Source: Candidatus Altiarchaeota archaeon
GTDB taxonomy: Archaea; Altiarchaeota; Altiarchaeia; IMC4; QMZM01
Direction: 5' to 3'
DNA length: 43,766 nucleotides
NCBI GenBank assembly: GCA_030633595.1
Contig: DAOVSE010000001.1
Location: 1-43,766 of the forward strand
Within the stretch, counting starts at the first letter, position 1. Each line of letters starts with the position of its first letter. Under the pieces are notes generated by a model that ran no database searches, was not told the origin of the DNA, and saw only the letters and a list, made by a program, of their open reading frames with translations. This document shows, in pieces, positions 17,858 through 26,805 of this stretch. Made by a program: the position numbers and the translations under genes.

Positions 17858-18814
17858 CTATTTTCTCTTCAATCCCATGATTCTCGCTAATAGAGCCTCT
17901 AACTGGATTCGCTCATTGGCCCCCTCCACAAGGGCAAAGTTTGCATCCCCAACCAGATCAATGATCCTTATCTTTAACTCGTCATCCCCATCCAGATTCA
18001 TTACCTCCCGGTTCATCTGTAATAGGATGTCTTCTCCGGACATTCCATAATTCATTATTAACCTATCAATCAGATTTCTGGCATCCAGGAATTTCCCATT
18101 CAGAGCCAATTCCAGCAGATCCCTTATATCCTTGGGTCTGGCTCTTGACGCTATAGAATAAACGTTATCCTCATCCACCTTTCCGATAGCTGCAGAAGAT
18201 TGTAAAATATTTATTGCGTGTCTTATATCACCTTCAGAAACATAGAGAATGGCATGTAAACCCTCATCTGTGAATGCCACACCCTCTGCTTTTAGGATCT
18301 CCTCCAGCCTCGTTTTAATTGCCTCTTTAGGCACTTTTTTAAACCTGAATAGAGAGCAACGAGATTGTAAAGGCTCAATAATCTTGGAGGAATAATTGCA
18401 GCTCAGGATAAATCTGCATGTTCGAGAATAGTTCTCCATCGTTCTCCTCATGGCATTCTGTGCATCCGAGGTCAGAGCATCTGCCTCGTCCAGAAAGATG
18501 ATCTTGAAGTCCCCTCCAATAGGCCTTGCCCTGGCGAAGTTCTTTATCTTTCCACGGACAACATCTATGCCCCTCTCATCTGAAGCATTTAATTCCAGGA
18601 AGTTACCGCCAACCTCACCAAATAGTTCATTGGTTATACATAAAGCTGCAGAGGTCTTACCACAACCCGCCGAGCCGGCAAAAAGAAGATGCGGAAGGGA
18701 TTTTTCCTTCACGTAAGCCTTAAGTCTGTCGACTATAGCATCCTGCCCAACCATATCATCCAGTTTTTTTGGCCTGTATTTCTCTGTCCAAGGAAGTTCC
18801 ATTTTAACTGTCAC
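17858..18814 (-). CDS. rfcS: replication factor C small subunit
   Basis: 318 aa with PWTEKYRPKKLDDMVGQ, GSAGCGKTS, the FLDEADALT Walker B motif, and the SRC motif (LQSRCSLFRF). Confidence 0.9.
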   Translation of the reverse strand: MTVKMELPWTEKYRPKKLDDMVGQDAIVDRLKAYVKEKSLPHLLFAGSAGCGKTSAALCITNELFGEVGGNFLELNASDERGIDVVRGKIKNFARARPIGGDFKIIFLDEADALTSDAQNAMRRTMENYSRTCRFILSCNYSSKIIEPLQSRCSLFRFKKVPKEAIKTRLEEILKAEGVAFTDEGLHAILYVSEGDIRHAINILQSSAAIGKVDEDNVYSIASRARPKDIRDLLELALNGKFLDARNLIDRLIMNYGMSGEDILLQMNREVMNLDGDDELKIRIIDLVGDANFALVEGANERIQLEALLARIMGLKRK

Positions 18815-18848
18815 GTCCAGATTTTTAGACTATTATATCTACTTTTCT

Positions 18849-18963
18849 AGGATTAAAAATACATTTTGAATTTTATTTAGTGCTATCGAGCACTGAATGT
18901 GTGAGTATAGCACATTTGCTCAAGCTTTATGAAAGCTTGAAATTACTTTTTCAGGATTAAAAA
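18849..18963. repeat. stem-loop cluster bracketed by the 11-nt direct repeat AGGATTAAAAA
   Basis: Direct repeats at 18849-18859 and 18953-18963. Between them are GTGCT/AGCAC, ATGTG/CACAT and TCAAGCTTT-ATG-AAAGCTTGA (18920-18940). Confidence 0.7.
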
Positions 18964-18983
18964 GTTGGGATAGTATGTTAGTA

Positions 18984-19313
18984 TCACAGAGGACAGATTA
19001 TCTCACACTCTCCGTCAGAAATCTGAGGAAAACAACCCTGGAAAAAACAAAGTACTTCTATACCCGTATCTGTAATGGTTGTATATCCTTTATCCCCGCA
19101 ATATTTCCATATATCCTTTCTCGATTTTTCAAAGCAATTGCCCATGCATAAGTAATCTGCTACTGGTTTTTCTTCCAAACACGTTATATCCGTAGCCCTC
19201 CATGTATCCTCCCCAATTTTCTCCCATTCTAATCCCGCAGATTTTTGGGGTTGAATACAACCTATCAAAAGGATAATTGCCAGCAATCCAATTCCGTAAT
19301 AAATTTTCATCAT
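18984..19313 (-). CDS. small secreted Cys-rich protein (lipoprotein-like signal)
   Basis: 109 aa. The N-terminus YGIGLLAIILLIGC resembles a lipobox. Eight further Cys residues follow. Confidence 0.45.
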   Translation of the reverse strand: MMKIYYGIGLLAIILLIGCIQPQKSAGLEWEKIGEDTWRATDITCLEEKPVADYLCMGNCFEKSRKDIWKYCGDKGYTTITDTGIEVLCFFQGCFPQISDGECEIICPL

Positions 19314-19644
19314 AAGCTTAGTATTAGATTGAATTGCCTAAAAGGTTTGAGCAGAACTTAGTAGTGTGGAATATATCAAATCTGCCCGACCATCCACAAC
19401 CTTAGGGAATCTTGACAATAAAGAAAACAAATGTTTTATATAAAGAACAATTGTTTGTAACTACTCAGGCTACACATGCTCATTCATCTTGAGAAGCTAA
19501 ATATATTTATACTCAACAAAGACGCATATATAGAACAATTAGAAAAGCGTATTGGACAGGGGGGTAGTTACGTTTCAGATAAACTACTATCCAATAGTTG
19601 TTTCTGACTCATCATCCCAATAGGCTTATCAAAGAATCCATGCA

Positions 19645-19980
19645 TCAGGCTTCCATCGACCTCTTAGGATGACCGAATTCGGGCAAAGCAGCAACAGCCT
19701 CTATCTCAGGCTGAATTTCTTTCTCGTACCTTATTGTCTCTTTCACAATCTTGCTTTTTGGATTAAGCTTGTAGAGTTGTGCCTTCCCAAATTTTCTGGT
19801 GGGGATCACAATCCCGAGTCTCTCCAGCTTATTCCACATACCATATAGAGTAGATTCGGACATGCCCGAGAGTCCTGCCAGCTCCTTTTTCGAGTAATCC
19901 AGATTTGGGTGGTCTAAGAGCATATCAAATACCCTGTTAAATGGTGTATCTCCAAAAATCTTTATAAACGCCGACTCCAT
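19645..19980 (-). CDS. winged-helix transcriptional regulator (small, accessory-type)
   Basis: 111 aa. YSKKELAGLSGMSESTLYGMWNKLERLGIVIPTRKFGKAQLYKLN is an HTH plus wing. Confidence 0.55.
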   Translation of the reverse strand: MESAFIKIFGDTPFNRVFDMLLDHPNLDYSKKELAGLSGMSESTLYGMWNKLERLGIVIPTRKFGKAQLYKLNPKSKIVKETIRYEKEIQPEIEAVAALPEFGHPKRSMEA

Positions 19981-20128
19981 TTTGACTGTATAATATTAAG
20001 GTTTCAAACTTAAGATATCTAAATAGTTAGGGTGGGTAGTTACAAAAATTTTATCGGCTAAAAATCTTGAAAACTTTTAAGGGTATATTCTAAAAAATAC
20101 CTAAATACTTTCTAAATAGTAAGGTAAT

Positions 20129-20296
20129 ATGGAAAAAATCAAGGTACTGGGTGGGAAAAGGGTCAGAGTAAGAATTCCCGATAAATTAATAACTACCGAT
20201 GAGTTCATAAGACAAGTAAAACCAGTATTCCAGAAAATAGCAAATAGGTTAACTGAAGACGAATGGAGAAAGATAAAGAGATCTACTGCAGCATAG
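20129..20296 (+). CDS. 55-aa hypothetical ORF (weak AbrB-like GKRVRVRIPDKL motif)
   Basis: ATG preceded by AAGGT. Below the ORF-track length cutoff. Convergent with the PIN-like ORF and overlaps it by 14 nt. Confidence 0.25.
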   Translation: MEKIKVLGGKRVRVRIPDKLITTDEFIRQVKPVFQKIANRLTEDEWRKIKRSTAA

Positions 20297-20720
20297 CTCT
20301 GAGATCGTGATAACTAATTATGTCCGGATAAAATTCTTTTGCTTTTCCCAATATCTCATTATCACCTGTAAGGAATATCAGATTATATTCCTTTGCTATC
20401 ACCACGTGAATCAAATTGTTGATTCTTTTCTTAAATCTCGTAAGATTCGCTAATTCCACGATATCATTACTGATCGTCGGATTCTCTATATAATTCACCA
20501 TTAACTCACTCTCAAAAGCCGCCCATATACGATCTGCCTCACCCTTACTACAATTCCACTCTGTTCTAAGCCCCCTAATGATCTCAGCTTTGGTTAGAGG
20601 AGATATATAGATCTCAAGTCTATCTAGATTATTCCTAAGAAACTCTATAACCCTTGGTATTTCAAAATCCTGATTTCTTCGAGTACACACCAACATCTTC
20701 TTAAAGAAACCATAGATCAT
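20283..20720 (-). CDS. PIN-like domain protein, possibly degenerate
   Basis: 145 aa. SPLTKAEIIRGL and LIHVVIAKEYNLIFLTGDNEI resemble the PIN middle and C-terminal motifs. The expected N-terminal acidic motif lies upstream of the ATG (..HYLIEDGKN..) behind a stop. Confidence 0.4.
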   Translation of the reverse strand: MIYGFFKKMLVCTRRNQDFEIPRVIEFLRNNLDRLEIYISPLTKAEIIRGLRTEWNCSKGEADRIWAAFESELMVNYIENPTISNDIVELANLTRFKKRINNLIHVVIAKEYNLIFLTGDNEILGKAKEFYPDIISYHDLRAMLQ

Positions 20721-20755
20721 GTTTGCATGTAAATATGTATTTTTGCCATCTTCTA

Positions 20756-20950
20756 TCAGATAGTGTTAAACAAAAATATGGAATTAGCATGCCATTCTGG
20801 AAATTGAGTTTGAATGTATTCTGCCAATTTGTGAGAAACGGATCTCTCGTTAACATCGTTTTCAAGTAGAAAAGCATCATTTTTAAACAAAAGTTCAACT
20901 GCGATCCAAACCTTCTTCTCTATTTCTTCCTTTTTATAATCCATAACCAA
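20756..20950 (-). pseudogene. 64-aa ORF, probably the N-terminal fragment of a larger (nuclease-like?) gene
   Basis: NERSVSHKLAEYIQTQFPEW resembles the start of a nuclease-type core, but the frame stops shortly after and no simple frameshift extends it. Confidence 0.25.
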
Positions 20951-20968
20951 TACCCTCCAAATTCTTTT

Positions 20969-22363
20969 TTATTCCCTCACAACCTCCCACTTACCGCCTT
21001 TATCCGGTCCAATTCTTTTCAATAAACCCCTTTTCTTTAGATTGTTGATACTGAACTTAATGCCGTCTTCAGTAATTCCAATAATCTCAGCCAGCTCTTT
21101 TCGTGTAATCCCGGGCTTGTCTTTTACCAATTCCAATATTTTCTGGGTAGTTTTCTGGGTAGTTTTCTGGGTAGTTTTTAGGCTATCAAAATAGAATTCA
21201 ATCTTATAATAATCTACATCCCCTCCAACTACAGGGGCTTTACTATACTGACTTTTCCACCCTGAAAACATCTTATCAAAACCAGAACCTGCATTCTCGG
21301 CAAGGCCTATTGCTCTAAAGATGCGCGCAAGCACAGGATTCCTGGGCTGTGAAAAATCTTCTTCCATGATTATTTTGAAATCTTTTGGCAATGCCCCCGG
21401 ATTCATGAATTCAATTCTGTTTGTGAAGACCCTTATACGTGGTTTTAATGTGCTGAAATACTCAGAATGCATAAGAAGATTAATTAATGCCTCCCTGATA
21501 GCAACAACCTGAGGCTGGTCTGCTGAAGCAAAACCCATACCTTTTAATTGAAACGGAATATCAATCTTCTTTAGCAACCTTTCAATAATACTAAAATAAA
21601 ATCTGAAGAGATTCTCCTCTTCACTTAACCTGTAAGTGTATCGCGTAGGTGCATCAGAATAAGATACCCCAGGTATCTCAAGATAATCTATTCTAAAATC
21701 AGTTATAATCTTATTTATACCGTCTTCCCTTCCGAAGAAAAGCATCCCACCAACAGTAACTTTGTCATCAATCAGGACATGCAGCTTCTTTAACAATTCT
21801 TTTGCAGTGAGCTTATTATATCTATGATCCGGATTGAATTTTTTCATATATGCCCTGTAATCTTCAACAGTCTTTTGGTCAAGGCTTTCGAATGTGAATG
21901 CTGTTAATTCCTTATCTTTTGACGAGAATGCCTGCTCTCGAAACATGGCATCTATTTCTTCCTGCGTTGCTCTTTGATCTCCGCTTCCCGTCCTTATGAA
22001 TGTATTCTTTGGATTATTATAAAACACCGGTTTCTTTTCAGCAAAGGGTATATAAAAGGCAAGAACAGTTTTTTTGTCAAAAACATATTTTTTACAGACA
22101 ACATTTATTCTCTTATTAAATTTATTGCCGTTTCTTAAGACAGTAGTAAAGTCCTCCGCTAGTTTTTCAGGATTTCTTACACCTGAGATATCATATTTTC
22201 TTCCTGCCTTTTTAACGCCAAAAATAATCCACCCACCCGCAGTATTAGAAAAAGCACTAACAGTTTCCCAGCTGTTTTTTGGAATCTCTGATTTAGCTTC
22301 TTTAACCTCAAAATCTTCCCATTCAATATCTTCAAGCTTTTTTATTAATTCCCCTTTATCCAT
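20969..22363 (-). CDS. COG2865-type protein: Schlafen/AlbA_2 domain + HATPase_c_4-like domain + C-terminal wHTH
   Basis: 464 aa with EDFEVKEAKSEIPKNSWETVSAFSNTAGGWIIFGV at the N-terminus, then ALINLLMHSEY, RNPVLARIFRAIGLAENAGSGFDKM, and a C-terminal HTH (ITRKELAEIIGITEDGIKFSINNLKKRGLL). Confidence 0.8.
   Translation of the reverse strand: MDKGELIKKLEDIEWEDFEVKEAKSEIPKNSWETVSAFSNTAGGWIIFGVKKAGRKYDISGVRNPEKLAEDFTTVLRNGNKFNKRINVVCKKYVFDKKTVLAFYIPFAEKKPVFYNNPKNTFIRTGSGDQRATQEEIDAMFREQAFSSKDKELTAFTFESLDQKTVEDYRAYMKKFNPDHRYNKLTAKELLKKLHVLIDDKVTVGGMLFFGREDGINKIITDFRIDYLEIPGVSYSDAPTRYTYRLSEEENLFRFYFSIIERLLKKIDIPFQLKGMGFASADQPQVVAIREALINLLMHSEYFSTLKPRIRVFTNRIEFMNPGALPKDFKIIMEEDFSQPRNPVLARIFRAIGLAENAGSGFDKMFSGWKSQYSKAPVVGGDVDYYKIEFYFDSLKTTQKTTQKTTQKILELVKDKPGITRKELAEIIGITEDGIKFSINNLKKRGLLKRIGPDKGGKWEVVRE
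21141..21176 (-). repeat. perfect 3 x 12-nt in-frame tandem repeat (encodes TTQK x3) in the COG2865 linker
   Basis: TTCTGGGTAGTT occurs three times with no mismatch. Confidence 0.9.
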
Positions 22364-22951
22364 ATTTTGAACCCCACACCCGCCAAATTATTCTTTATCT
22401 CTTCATTCAAGCTCTGCCCTTCTTTCATCTGTTCAGAAAGCTCAGACGTTAATTTTCTCATCTTCTCATCAAAGGGTATGCCGTCGTCTTCCTCTTCTTC
22501 CATGCCGACATATCGTCCGGGGGTTAATATGTGATTGTGTCTTCTGATCTCATCTAATTTGGCGGATTCTATCTGGTAGAAGTCTCTGGCTTCTTGTCTC
22601 TCTATTTTTAGCAGGAGCCGATAGTGTGTCCACGTTAATTTGTCACTCAGTGCATGACTTTTTGGGTATGTCTGGTAGAATTGCCTCATGTATCTTAGGT
22701 TGGTTTCTGTGAATCCTCTGCCGTAGTCTCTGGTTAGTCTCTCTGACAGTTGTTTTATCAGGTTTCGCCCGTATCTGGCTCTTTCCCCGGCCTTTTTGTT
22801 CTTCTTCGATTATTATTCTGCCTATGTTCCAGTAGGCTTCTGTCATGGTGGAGTTGACTGCCCGGTAGGCTGTTGTGCGCGCCTTCTCCAGGACCAGCTT
22901 TATGTTCTCGTATGCGTTCTCCATTCTCTCCGGGTTTTCTCCTTCGGTCAT
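22345..22951 (-). pseudogene. frameshifted DUF1016 (YhcG-like) N-terminal fragment fused to the C-terminal tail of a type I R-M methylase (HsdM)
   Basis: ORF 22643-22951 reads ..AYRAVNSTMTEAYWNIGRIIIEEEQKG. The reading continues in another frame as GERARYGRNLIKQLSERLTRDYGRGFTETNLRYMRQFYQTYP...FYQIES, with the shift in the CCCCGGCC run at 22785-22792. It then switches to KLDEIRRHNHILTPGRYVGMEEEEDDGIPFDEKMRKLTSEL...NLAGVGF, which is typical of an HsdM C-terminus. Confidence 0.6.
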
Positions 22952-23096
22952 CTTATTAATACATTAGAATTCTATAAATAAGTATAAACCCGGAAACCAT
23001 AGACATGTCAGTAGAATGATTATCTCTTTCCTTTATTGGCATGTCCCAGAAGGGGCTTTTTGCATATAATCTCTGCAAGAGAAACAGATAAAACAA

Positions 23097-23202
23097 GATG
23101 CCGTGGGATTCGAACGGCAGTGGCGGTGTTCTGGGTTTGGATATGGTGGGAGTATAGGAGGGCGAGATAGACGGAAAACTGTCTATTTATTGGGCTGATT
23201 CT
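23097..23202 (+). repeat. dispersed roughly 110-120-nt repeat, copy A (pairs with 42265-42387)
   Basis: Shares GATGC..GGATTCGAA...AGTGGC.GTG...ATAGAC.GAAA...TATTTATTGGG.TGATT.CT with copy B, same strand. Confidence 0.6.
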
Positions 23203-23336
23203 ATAGATGAATTCAATGAGACATAGAATCTGGAGGTAGAAAAATTAATTAATACCCTGAGCAAGAAGTCTTAAAGAAATTACTTAAATCTCTCTAAAAT
23301 TTAATAGTGAAAGCCTAAATTATTAGAACTAAGAAA

Positions 23337-26300
23337 ATGGCAAAGAGATTAAATCTGCCGAGGCTTGAAGAAGAGGTTCAGAGATACTGGGATGAGAAGG
23401 CAATATTTCAGGAATTTGTAGAATCAAAAAGGGGCGGTAAAAAGTTCTACTTCTGTCAGGGACCTCCATTCACCTCCGGAAAGGCCCACATCGGACACGC
23501 ATGGAATCATGCGATAAAGGATACCTTTCTTAGATTCAAGACGATGGAGGGTTACGACGTCTTCAGGAGGGCGGGTTGGGACATGCACGGCTTGCCGATA
23601 GAGGTAAAGGTAGAAGAGACTGTCCTTGGAAGCAGGACCAAGAAGGAGATAGAGGAATACGGGATTGAGAATTTTATTACGGAGTGTAAGAAATTCGCCA
23701 TCCAGAATATGAATCAGATGACAGAGCAATTGAAAAGATTAGGGGTCTGGTTAGACTGGGAGGATCCTTACATGACCCTGGATAAGAGGTACATGGAGGG
23801 GGTCTGGTTCGGAATAAAGAGGGCGTATGAAAAAAATCTCCTTTATGAGGATAAACAAGTAATTCATTGGTGTCCAAGATGCGAAACGGCGATGTCCGGC
23901 TATGAGGTGAGGGATGAATACAGGGACATTACGGATTTTTCGATCTATACGAGGGCCAAATTAAAGGACAAGGACGAATTCATCCTCATCTGGACAACAA
24001 CCCCGTGGACCCTGCCCGCAAATACAGCAATCGCGATTCATCCGGACTTCGACTATGTTCGCGTCAGGGTTGACAATGAAATTCTGATACTGGCAAAAGA
24101 AAGACTACCTGTATTGAAAAAGGAATACGAAATCCTGGAGGAATTCAAAGGCAAGGAGCTGGATGGTCTAGAATATATACCCATGTTGGATATACCAATA
24201 CAAAGAGATATCAAACACAGGGTTGTTATGGCCCCGGATCTAGTAACCCTGGAGGAGGGAACCGGTTGCGTTCATATAGCTCCAGGCCATGGAGAAGAGG
24301 ACGCCGCAATTGGCAAAAGATGCAACCTGACTGTACTGTCCCCAGTTGACGACGGTGGAAGATTTACCATAGAACCCTATAAGGGAGTATATGTCAGGGA
24401 CGCAAATTCGATCATCATTAATGAACTGAAGGAATCCGGAGCTTTGTTCATGGAAGAAAAGATAACCCATTCATATCCACATTGCTGGAGGTGCAAAACC
24501 CCATTAATCTTAAGATCAACTAAACAATGGTTTTTGGCTATTTCAAAGATAAAGAAGAGGCTTCTGGAGAAAAATAAGGAGATTGACTGGATTCCTGAGT
24601 GGATTGGCTCCGGTAGATTTGAGAACTGGTTAAAAAATGCGAGGGACTGGTGCATCTCAAGGCAGAGGTACTGGAATACTCCATTACCTATATGGCGCTG
24701 TGAATGTGGTAATCTGGAGGTTATAGGCACGATAGACGAGCTCTTCAGAAAATCAACCCAGAAATTGGATCTCGAAACCCTGGATCTGCACAGACCATCT
24801 ATTGATAAGGTAAAATTGAAATGCACCTGTGGGAAGGAGATGGAGAGGGTAAAGGATGTTCTGGATGTGTGGCTCGACTCAGGTTCTGCGTCATGGGCGA
24901 ATCTCAATTACCCCCATAAAAAGGAGGAATTTAAGGTGTTGTTTCCATCAGATTTCATTACAGAGGGCTCGGATCAGACTCGTGGCTGGTTCTATTCCCT
25001 CTTAGTTTCATCTGTGATAGCCTTTGACAGAATTCCATACAAGAGGGTTCTGTACCACGGTTTTACCCTGGATGCAGATGGTAGAAAGATGTCCAAATCC
25101 CTGGGAAATGTTGTAGACCCTACTGAGATAATTGAAAGATACGGAGCAGATGTTTTGAGGTTCTATATGCTAGGGGCAACGGTTCCCTGGGAGGATCTCA
25201 GATTCAGTCTGGAGGGACTTGAAACGACAAATAAGTTCTTTAATATTCTCTGGAATATCCACTCATTTACATCTACCTATATGAAACTGGATAAATTTGA
25301 CCCGACTAAGAAATATCCGATAAATTATAAAGAATTAGAAATTGAGGATAGGTGGCTCTTGTCAAGATTTAACTCATTGATCATGGAAACAACAAAAGCC
25401 CTGGAGAATCTGAGGCTTTATGAGCTGTGTAGATTGGTTTATGATTTTTCACTGGAATTGAGCAGATGGTACATAAAGCTGATAAGGGATAGGGTCTGGA
25501 TCGAGAAAGACGATCCAAGAAAGCTTTCTGTTTATCATACCCTGTATACCGTACTTTCAGGATTGTCTGTTATAATGGCGCCGGTAACACCGCATTTCTC
25601 TGAATACACCTATAGAAAGCTTACTAAAGGGAAGAGCGTCCATCTCATGGACTGGCCGAGGGCAAACAATGAACTAATAGATAAAAAATTGGAAGAAGAA
25701 ATGATCATCGCCCAAGAAATTGTAGAATGTGTTGCGGCAGCTCGCCAGGATGCGGGAATAAAGCTGAGATGGCCGATTCCACGGGTTATTATTGCTCCGA
25801 GAGATAAACTGGAGATTGACCAGGTGAAGGAAATAATTTTAAAGGCATCTAATGCAAAGCAACTCAAGATCAGGGAAATAGAAACAAAGGTAATCGCAAA
25901 GATTAACTATCCGGTTCTGGGCCCCAAGATCAAGGGCGAGATGAAGAAGGTAGTTAGATTACTGGAAAAAGAAGACGCCTCAAAAATAAAGAACGAACTC
26001 ATGAAAAAGGGCAAATACAAACTGGATAACTTTGTGTTAGCTGAGGATGACCTTATCTTTGAAAGCAAATTGCCTGAAGACATTATAGCAGAGGAATTTG
26101 AGAAAGGAATTGTGTATATAGACTCAAAACTGGATAAAAAGCTGTTCTCAGAGGCCATGGCCCGCGAGGTGATAAGGAGAATACAGGAGATGAGAAAGGA
26201 ACTCTCCCTAGAAGAGACGGAACAGATAGAGGTCAATATCAAATGCAGTAACAAATTTTCAAAATACGTAAAAGACAACAAGAAATTTATCGAACACGAA

Positions 26301-26393
26301 ACGAGAAGTGAAATTACCCTAGGTAAAGGTAAGGGCTTTGAGAAGAAATGGGACATGGAAGGCAACGATATTACGGTATATATCAAAAGATAG
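23337..26393 (+). CDS. ileS: isoleucyl-tRNA synthetase
   Basis: 1018 aa with PPFTSGKAHIGHAWNH (HIGH), KMSKSLGN, the editing-domain TTTPWTLPAN, and Zn-binding CPRC / CWRC. Confidence 0.95.
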   Translation: MAKRLNLPRLEEEVQRYWDEKAIFQEFVESKRGGKKFYFCQGPPFTSGKAHIGHAWNHAIKDTFLRFKTMEGYDVFRRAGWDMHGLPIEVKVEETVLGSRTKKEIEEYGIENFITECKKFAIQNMNQMTEQLKRLGVWLDWEDPYMTLDKRYMEGVWFGIKRAYEKNLLYEDKQVIHWCPRCETAMSGYEVRDEYRDITDFSIYTRAKLKDKDEFILIWTTTPWTLPANTAIAIHPDFDYVRVRVDNEILILAKERLPVLKKEYEILEEFKGKELDGLEYIPMLDIPIQRDIKHRVVMAPDLVTLEEGTGCVHIAPGHGEEDAAIGKRCNLTVLSPVDDGGRFTIEPYKGVYVRDANSIIINELKESGALFMEEKITHSYPHCWRCKTPLILRSTKQWFLAISKIKKRLLEKNKEIDWIPEWIGSGRFENWLKNARDWCISRQRYWNTPLPIWRCECGNLEVIGTIDELFRKSTQKLDLETLDLHRPSIDKVKLKCTCGKEMERVKDVLDVWLDSGSASWANLNYPHKKEEFKVLFPSDFITEGSDQTRGWFYSLLVSSVIAFDRIPYKRVLYHGFTLDADGRKMSKSLGNVVDPTEIIERYGADVLRFYMLGATVPWEDLRFSLEGLETTNKFFNILWNIHSFTSTYMKLDKFDPTKKYPINYKELEIEDRWLLSRFNSLIMETTKALENLRLYELCRLVYDFSLELSRWYIKLIRDRVWIEKDDPRKLSVYHTLYTVLSGLSVIMAPVTPHFSEYTYRKLTKGKSVHLMDWPRANNELIDKKLEEEMIIAQEIVECVAAARQDAGIKLRWPIPRVIIAPRDKLEIDQVKEIILKASNAKQLKIREIETKVIAKINYPVLGPKIKGEMKKVVRLLEKEDASKIKNELMKKGKYKLDNFVLAEDDLIFESKLPEDIIAEEFEKGIVYIDSKLDKKLFSEAMAREVIRRIQEMRKELSLEETEQIEVNIKCSNKFSKYVKDNKKFIEHETRSEITLGKGKGFEKKWDMEGNDITVYIKR

Positions 26394-26448
26394 TATATAT
26401 ATTTAAGATTGAATTCCATATATCTGATGTATTGTAAATTCAACCAAG

Positions 26449-26736
26449 ATGAAGGGCTCAAAAGGATACAGACGAAGAACGAGAAATCTGAAAGTAAGAT
26501 CCAGAGACAGAGGAAAGGTAAAGATCAGCAGGTACCTGCAGAAATTCAAAGAGGGCGATTCTGTTTCAATATCGATAGATCCAAGTTATCAGGCGATACC
26601 CCACCCGCGGTTCAAGGGCAAGGGTGGAAATGTTACCGGAAAGCAGGGTAGATGCTATTACGTTGAGATCAAGGACGGAAAAAAGAGGAAGGAGATTCTA
26701 ATTGCCCCAGAACACCTGACTGCCCCAAAATCTTGA
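26449..26736 (+). CDS. rpl21e: 50S ribosomal protein L21e (eL21)
   Basis: 95 aa: SKGYRRRTRNL...FKEGDSVSISIDPS...HPRFKGKGGNVTGKQGRCYYVEI. Confidence 0.9.
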   Translation: MKGSKGYRRRTRNLKVRSRDRGKVKISRYLQKFKEGDSVSISIDPSYQAIPHPRFKGKGGNVTGKQGRCYYVEIKDGKKRKEILIAPEHLTAPKS

Positions 26737-26805
26737 TCTTCTTTACAACGTAAATTCTGATTTAAAAATACAAATCTATATTTAATTCCATCATAACGAA
26801 ACAGA

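Noticed and set aside
19575-19615. Minus-strand ATGATGA ... CTGA as a second C/D box sRNA
   Set aside because: Only 30 nt separate the boxes and there are no recognisable internal D'/C' boxes, so the spacing is incompatible with the archaeal consensus.
20129-20720. The small ORF plus the PIN-like ORF as a functional VapBC pair
   Set aside because: The genes are convergent and overlap at their 3' ends rather than being co-directional. The PIN-like ORF lacks the N-terminal catalytic acidic motif within its ATG-initiated frame.
23101-23130. GGATTCGAA motifs (also at 42272-42280) as tRNA T-arm fragments marking tRNA-targeted integration
   Set aside because: The flanking bases do not form a T stem or an acceptor stem on either strand, so there is no cloverleaf remnant.
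26409-26651. 80-aa plus-strand ORF overlapping rpl21e
   Set aside because: It is in a different frame from the clearly recognisable L21e sequence (26449-26736) and has no independent support.
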